64,000 nucleotides of DNA from an uncultured euryarchaeote (GTDB lineage Archaea; Thermoplasmatota; Poseidoniia; Poseidoniales; Poseidoniaceae). Made by a program: the position numbers and the translations under genes. Where the stretch lies: assembly GCA_937915175.1 (NCBI GenBank), contig CALDNA010000066.1, positions 2,994 through 66,993 of the forward strand, read 5' to 3'. Positions 59,467 through 64,000 of this stretch are shown here, piece by piece (within the stretch, counting starts at the first letter, position 1; each line of letters opens with the position of its first letter). The notes beneath the pieces are model-generated. The model was not told the origin of the DNA. It ran no database searches and saw only the letters and a program-made list of their open reading frames with translations.

Positions 59467-61785
59467 ATGAAGGCAGAGAAAGTTGTCGCAATTGGCGTTC
59501 TTACATTGATGCTGATGTCCGGATGTTTGGGCGCGGTGGATCCTGCGATTGAAATGCCAACCGTTGAACTTCCTGAAGATTGGAACACAACCGTTGCTCG
59601 TACGACTTCGAGCCCCCAACTGAATCAATTTTCTGATTGCGACGAACTGGAAACAACCCTCAAACTCTCAATCGAGGAAGAGGCTCGAATCCAAATCCTG
59701 CAAGCTATTGAAGAGCAGTATTCCTATGGTGGTTTTTGGATGGAAGACGACATGGCCGTGGCAGAATCGGCGGATGGCGGGTCCGCCCCCACGGCAACAC
59801 CAAGACGGGTCGAAGGCACGGACTTTTCTGGAACCAACAACCAAGAACAAGGGGTCGATGAAGCAGATTTCGTCAAAACAGACGGCTACAATATTTACTT
59901 CCTCAACGGCAAAAACCTCGTTATATTCGGTGTTCCTGAATTTGGCGAACTGACCCTTCTTTCCACCACAGCCATCCAAGGGAATCCGACGGCTATGATG
60001 CTCGACGGCGATCGCTTGGTTGTCATTTCCTCTGTTTCGACCTGGTCGATCAACAACAACGACCCACTTGCTGCCGAACTTGGCTGGGACGACGCGCAGA
60101 ACACATACCGAACCTCATCATTAACCAAATTCTCAGTCCTTGATGTGACAAACCGTTCAGCCCCAACAATGGCCAAAGAACTCTTCTTAGAAGGCAGTTA
60201 CATGACCGCTCGTGAAGTCAACGGCACCGTTCGCACCGTGACCCACGCTTGGATGAACATCCCCGGCCTCCAAACTTGGCTTGACCTCCCAACGGGCTAT
60301 TGGAACCTCGATTACGACGACCCGTTGCGCCTCGAACTTCGTGAGAAAGTTGGCTACCAAACCATCCTTGAGAATCAATTGACGTTGTCAAAACTCGCTC
60401 TTGTTGATATCTTACCAAAGGTGTACGAGCGGGTTGACGGAGCGCTCACAATCCACACCATGGACGAAGATGCATGCGCAGATTTCGCTGCACCAGGAGA
60501 CGGCTTGAACAGAGGCTTCAACAGCATCTTTACCTTTGATTTGAACGACGAGAACTTCGCCTTCCAAGCCGATCACATCGTCGGAAATTACCCCATGGTT
60601 TACGCCTCTGAAGACGTGCTCGTGCTAACGGAGAATGCATGGGACTGGTGGTGGTTCTGGGGCAATGATGACATGGATGAAGCCACAAACATTCACACCT
60701 TTGACATCTCAAACCCAGGCGATACTGTCTATACGGGCTCCGGTCGAGTCAATGGAACAATCCTCAACCAATTTTCAATTTCAGAACATTTGGGCGTTCT
60801 GCGCATCGCAGCGACTTCGGGCCAATGGGCACGGTGGTGGATGGAAAACCCCGAGCCAATGAGCTCGAGCGTTATCGCACTCGAGAGAGGTGTTGATCTA
60901 GAAACCGAACAACAGGTGTTGGTCGAAGTGGGGCGCGTCGACAACATCGCCCCCGAAGAACGAATTTGGAGCGCCCGATTCGATGGCGACCGCTGCTACC
61001 TCGTCACGTTCCGGCAAATCGATCCGCTATGGGTCATCGATATGTCCGATGAAACCAACCCAACCATTCTCGGCGAACTCGAAATTCCAGGCGTCTCGAC
61101 CTACATTCACCCACTCTCTCGCGATCACCTGCTGACCATTGGCATGGGGCCTGGTGAAGACGGACTCGGACTTGATTGGTCAAACACCCGACTTTCGTTG
61201 TTCAACATCAGCGATCCATCCACTCCTGCGGTTGACGATGTCCTTTCGCTTACCCCTGTTGCGGATTCAAACAATTCAGGATGGACGTGGTCCTACTCTG
61301 AGGCATCATATGAGCACAAGGCCTTCCAATACTGGGCGCCTAAGGGGTTGCTTGCCGTGCCTCTTTCAACGTACAAGTATGACAGTTGGTACGACGGAAA
61401 TGGGAGGTACTCTTATTCCTACCAATACGTCAGCAAACTCATGATTGTCAATGTTTCAGAAGAGACTGGAACAATGTCGGTGCACGGGGAAGTCAACCAC
61501 TCAATGTTCTACAATGGCAACGACCGGACATCCTACTATGGAAACTACGACATCCGCCGGTCAATTTTCATGGGCGATTTCATCTATGCTATTTCCGCTC
61601 AGGGCGTGACGGCCACCAACCTCACAACGATGGAATCCACGGCTTCAATCGAACTGACATACGAGGAACAGTGCTACTACTGCGACGAGGAAATTTCGAG
61701 TGACGCCGAAGGCGAAGACCGGCCTTCTTCCGATTCAGATAAACCAGCAGAGAGTGAAACTTCTGAGTCCCCCGATCGGGGTTGA
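59467..61785 (+). CDS. Secreted beta-propeller-domain protein (Beta_propel/PF09826-like), lipobox signal, acidic C-terminal tail
   Basis: GVDEADFVKTDGYNIYFLNG, IHTFDIS, RFDGDRCYLVTFRQIDPLWVIDMSD and GVSTYIHPL. N-terminus VAIGVLTLMLMSGCLGA. ORF 59404..61785 trimmed to an ATG. Confidence 0.7.
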   Translation: MKAEKVVAIGVLTLMLMSGCLGAVDPAIEMPTVELPEDWNTTVARTTSSPQLNQFSDCDELETTLKLSIEEEARIQILQAIEEQYSYGGFWMEDDMAVAESADGGSAPTATPRRVEGTDFSGTNNQEQGVDEADFVKTDGYNIYFLNGKNLVIFGVPEFGELTLLSTTAIQGNPTAMMLDGDRLVVISSVSTWSINNNDPLAAELGWDDAQNTYRTSSLTKFSVLDVTNRSAPTMAKELFLEGSYMTAREVNGTVRTVTHAWMNIPGLQTWLDLPTGYWNLDYDDPLRLELREKVGYQTILENQLTLSKLALVDILPKVYERVDGALTIHTMDEDACADFAAPGDGLNRGFNSIFTFDLNDENFAFQADHIVGNYPMVYASEDVLVLTENAWDWWWFWGNDDMDEATNIHTFDISNPGDTVYTGSGRVNGTILNQFSISEHLGVLRIAATSGQWARWWMENPEPMSSSVIALERGVDLETEQQVLVEVGRVDNIAPEERIWSARFDGDRCYLVTFRQIDPLWVIDMSDETNPTILGELEIPGVSTYIHPLSRDHLLTIGMGPGEDGLGLDWSNTRLSLFNISDPSTPAVDDVLSLTPVADSNNSGWTWSYSEASYEHKAFQYWAPKGLLAVPLSTYKYDSWYDGNGRYSYSYQYVSKLMIVNVSEETGTMSVHGEVNHSMFYNGNDRTSYYGNYDIRRSIFMGDFIYAISAQGVTATNLTTMESTASIELTYEEQCYYCDEEISSDAEGEDRPSSDSDKPAESETSESPDRG

Positions 61786-61797
61786 AGGCGGGCGTGC

Positions 61798-62742
61798 ATG
61801 TCTCGTACCGTTGGTGTTGTTGGCTGCGGCCGCTGGGGTTCAGTTCACATCAAAACCTTGCTTGAAATGAGAAGGCAAGGCCACGTGAAACGAGTGGTGG
61901 TTGCCGACACAGGTGCTGAAAATCGCTCGAAAAACACCGCCGTGGATGCAGTATACGTCAATCTTGACCAGATGTGCCAAGCGGAATCTTTGGATTTGGT
62001 CATTGTTGCAACGCCGAACGCAACACACGAACTCCTCGGCATGGCGAGTTTAGGCTACGGCATTCGGACCCTCATCGAAAAGCCAATTGCATCTTCGCCC
62101 GAAGGACTTGAGCGGCTGATTCAACAAGCCACCGAAAACGACTGCTTTCTGACTTCAGGCTACCTCCTCCGCCATCATGGAGGGATAAAGCACCTCAAAC
62201 AAGAGGCTGAGGCACAAGCCTTTGGCACCCTCCAACACATCACCTACAGGAGGCAGACCACCCGCCCGAAACCTGCCAACACAACCATCCTCGAAGGCCT
62301 CGCCTCTCACGGGCTCAACACGCTTGATTTCTTCCTGCCCGATCAAACAGGGTTTTCGTCTTCAAGTGTGGAATATACATCCGCAGACGCCACCCCATGT
62401 AGCCTTGAAAAGGCCACACACGCAACTCTTTCATTCACCTCAAGCGCTGATGTTTCTGGGGAAGAAATAGGAAGAATCGAAGTTGGATGGGGCGCAGAAA
62501 AGGAAGTTCGTGAACTGCATGTGCGTGGTACAAGTGGTTCTGTTTCAATCGATTTCGGACAACTTCAATTCTACACCTTAAACGGTGTAAAAACGCCAAT
62601 CAAAGAGGCACATAATCCGCTTATGGAACAAATTCTTACTGCCATCAATTGTTCTAAATTAACCGATGAATCACGCCGGGAGTTGAGGCGCACTTCCAAT
62701 TTGTTGGATGAACTTACGACCAAGTCGTTCGAACAAAACTGA
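61798..62742 (+). CDS. Gfo/Idh/MocA-family NAD(P)-dependent oxidoreductase
   Basis: VGVVGCGRWGSVH Rossmann start, VIVATPNATH and IEKPIA. Confidence 0.8.
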   Translation: MSRTVGVVGCGRWGSVHIKTLLEMRRQGHVKRVVVADTGAENRSKNTAVDAVYVNLDQMCQAESLDLVIVATPNATHELLGMASLGYGIRTLIEKPIASSPEGLERLIQQATENDCFLTSGYLLRHHGGIKHLKQEAEAQAFGTLQHITYRRQTTRPKPANTTILEGLASHGLNTLDFFLPDQTGFSSSSVEYTSADATPCSLEKATHATLSFTSSADVSGEEIGRIEVGWGAEKEVRELHVRGTSGSVSIDFGQLQFYTLNGVKTPIKEAHNPLMEQILTAINCSKLTDESRRELRRTSNLLDELTTKSFEQN

Positions 62743-62790
62743 TGCTTTGGTTTGCGAGTATTCAAGAATTGGATGCGTTTGGCATGAGGC

Positions 62791-63144
62791 ATGGGCCTCT
62801 CCTACACCACCGTGCAACGCTTGTTTGTTGGCAGCTTCATCGCCTCTGCAATCACATGGTTTACCCAAGACAATTACACCGACGCAGCCCTTGTGCTGAT
62901 CGCTCTTTCCGCCCTCATCGGCATTGCATGGGGCCTTTCTGAGCGGCAGATGACCTTTGAGCACCTTGGAATGAATCAAGCAGGCGTTCTCACAACGCTC
63001 GCCTTTTTGGCTTCAATCGCCCTCTTTGCAGAAGTTGGCATTCGTGTATGGGGCTTTCCAACCACCGGCTCTTACGTCCTCTCCCTGTTCTTTGTGGGAT
63101 CGTTTTGGTGGACAAGCGCCCTCATTCAGCCAAAGAACAACTGA
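62791..63144 (+). CDS. Hypothetical small membrane protein (4 TM)
   Basis: ORF only, with four hydrophobic segments. Confidence 0.4.
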   Translation: MGLSYTTVQRLFVGSFIASAITWFTQDNYTDAALVLIALSALIGIAWGLSERQMTFEHLGMNQAGVLTTLAFLASIALFAEVGIRVWGFPTTGSYVLSLFFVGSFWWTSALIQPKNN

Positions 63145-63222
63145 GGCTCGAAACGAACCCTCCCTTGGGATTGAACAGGGCGAAGGGTGAATAACCACAG
63201 CCCTAAACCCGAATTGATTGAT

Positions 63223-64000
63223 ATGGCAAAGTACGGCGACCACCCCGACCTTCCTCAACGGCTCGAAGCCTTGCTTATGGATGATGTTCATACCGTTTTC
63301 ATCAAGGCAGATTGTCCGCCAAGGGTCAAGCGAGGGTCGATTGGCCAACTGAAACTCGTCGAAGTCGAAGACGCAGATGACGGCAAGTGGGACACGCTGC
63401 GGATGGAATCCCTTCAGGAAGAACTCGTTGGGCTCATCGATGAACACCGACATCGAAGCGACTGCTTTCTCGAAATCGATCGCAAAGGTTGCCAGGTCCT
63501 CCAGCTTGGCGATTTGAGAATTTCATGCGCATGGCCCCCCTTCGCCGACGCCCGAGAAATCACCATTGTCCGTCCTGTAGCAAAACTTTCCCTTGACGAG
63601 TATGAATTGGATCAGCGCTTGATTGACCGCCTTGCAGATCATCACCGTGGCGTGTTCATTTGTGGCCGCCCGGGTTCAGGAAAAACCACCCTTGCGCAAG
63701 CCATTGCGGAATACCTCGACACCGACGTTGGTGCGATGGTTAAGACAATGGAAGCGCCCCGCGATTTACAATTGGCTGACCGAATCACCCAATACGCTCC
63801 ATTGGAAGGCGACTTGGAAAAGACTGCCGAGATTATCTTCCTCGTACGACCTGATTTCGTCATCTTCGATGAAGTTCGCCGAGCCAGAGATTTCGAAATT
63901 TTTGCCGATGTTCGACTCGCTGGTGTTGGGCTTTTGGGCGTTACGCACGCCAACTCGGCGCTCGAAGCCATTCAGCGTTTGATTGGAAAGGTCGAACTTG
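63223..64000 (+). CDS. PilT-family ATPase (archaeal COG1855-like); C-terminus cut by window edge
   Basis: Not in the ORF track because there is no stop in the window. My translation from the ATG at 63223 gives MAKYGDHPDLPQRLEALLMDD...RGVFICGRPGSGKTTLAQAIAEYL (Walker A) and PDFVIFDEVRRARDFEIFADVRLAGVGLLGVTHA (Walker B). A GTG at 63187 is an alternative start. Confidence 0.7.
   Translation, partial: MAKYGDHPDLPQRLEALLMDDVHTVFIKADCPPRVKRGSIGQLKLVEVEDADDGKWDTLRMESLQEELVGLIDEHRHRSDCFLEIDRKGCQVLQLGDLRISCAWPPFADAREITIVRPVAKLSLDEYELDQRLIDRLADHHRGVFICGRPGSGKTTLAQAIAEYLDTDVGAMVKTMEAPRDLQLADRITQYAPLEGDLEKTAEIIFLVRPDFVIFDEVRRARDFEIFADVRLAGVGLLGVTHANSALEAIQRLIGKVEL

Noticed and set aside
1-64000. CRISPR arrays, rRNA genes and additional tRNAs.
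   Set aside because: Reading through the intergenic regions, I found no regularly spaced direct repeats. Apart from 54219-54302, I found no T-arm-like GGTTCGAAT/ATTCGAACC motif outside coding sequence. Every gap over 150 nt was inspected: 7463-7728, 38579-38979, 41907-42174 and 44752-45101.

Overview
Compact, gene-dense chromosomal segment with about 60 CDS and one tRNA-Leu. I found no rRNA, CRISPR array, transposase or integrase. The gene content is archaeal: GGGP synthase, geranylgeranyl reductase, a ribosomal protein LX - prefoldin alpha - FtsY cluster, a beta-CASP aCPSF-type RNase, AlaX and a PilT-like ATPase. It also carries a proteorhodopsin-type rhodopsin and many secreted hydrolases (S8, S15, two M28 peptidases and beta-propeller proteins), plus one M50 intramembrane protease. 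By inference only, this fits a planktonic marine Thermoplasmatota / Marine Group II (Poseidoniales)-like heterotroph. Housekeeping genes include purL/purQ, uvrA, moeA, pyrF, a type II glutamine synthetase and an RluA-family pseudouridine synthase. Many adjacent genes overlap by 4 nt (GTGA/ATGA), and convergent genes overlap at their ends. The best candidates for undescribed biology are: (1) a three-gene cassette at 19.3-22.3 kb encoding a MamK-like actin-family ATPase, a 421-aa acidic coiled-coil protein and a DUF4126-type membrane protein, with no magnetosome genes nearby; (2) an orphan HerA/DUF853-like P-loop ATPase fused to a C-terminal six-helix membrane domain at 55.1-57.5 kb; (3) a rhodopsin with a D-T-K motif (Lys at the proton-donor position) and Met at the tuning position; (4) an iodotyrosine-deiodinase-like flavoprotein that keeps the halotyrosine-binding Glu/Tyr/Lys triad; (5) a tail-anchored orphan receiver domain; (6) a surface-protein island with paralogous lipobox-bearing M28 peptidases flanking an LVIVD-propeller/SCO1 pair. 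All functional calls rest on motifs read in the supplied or self-made translations. No database search was run.
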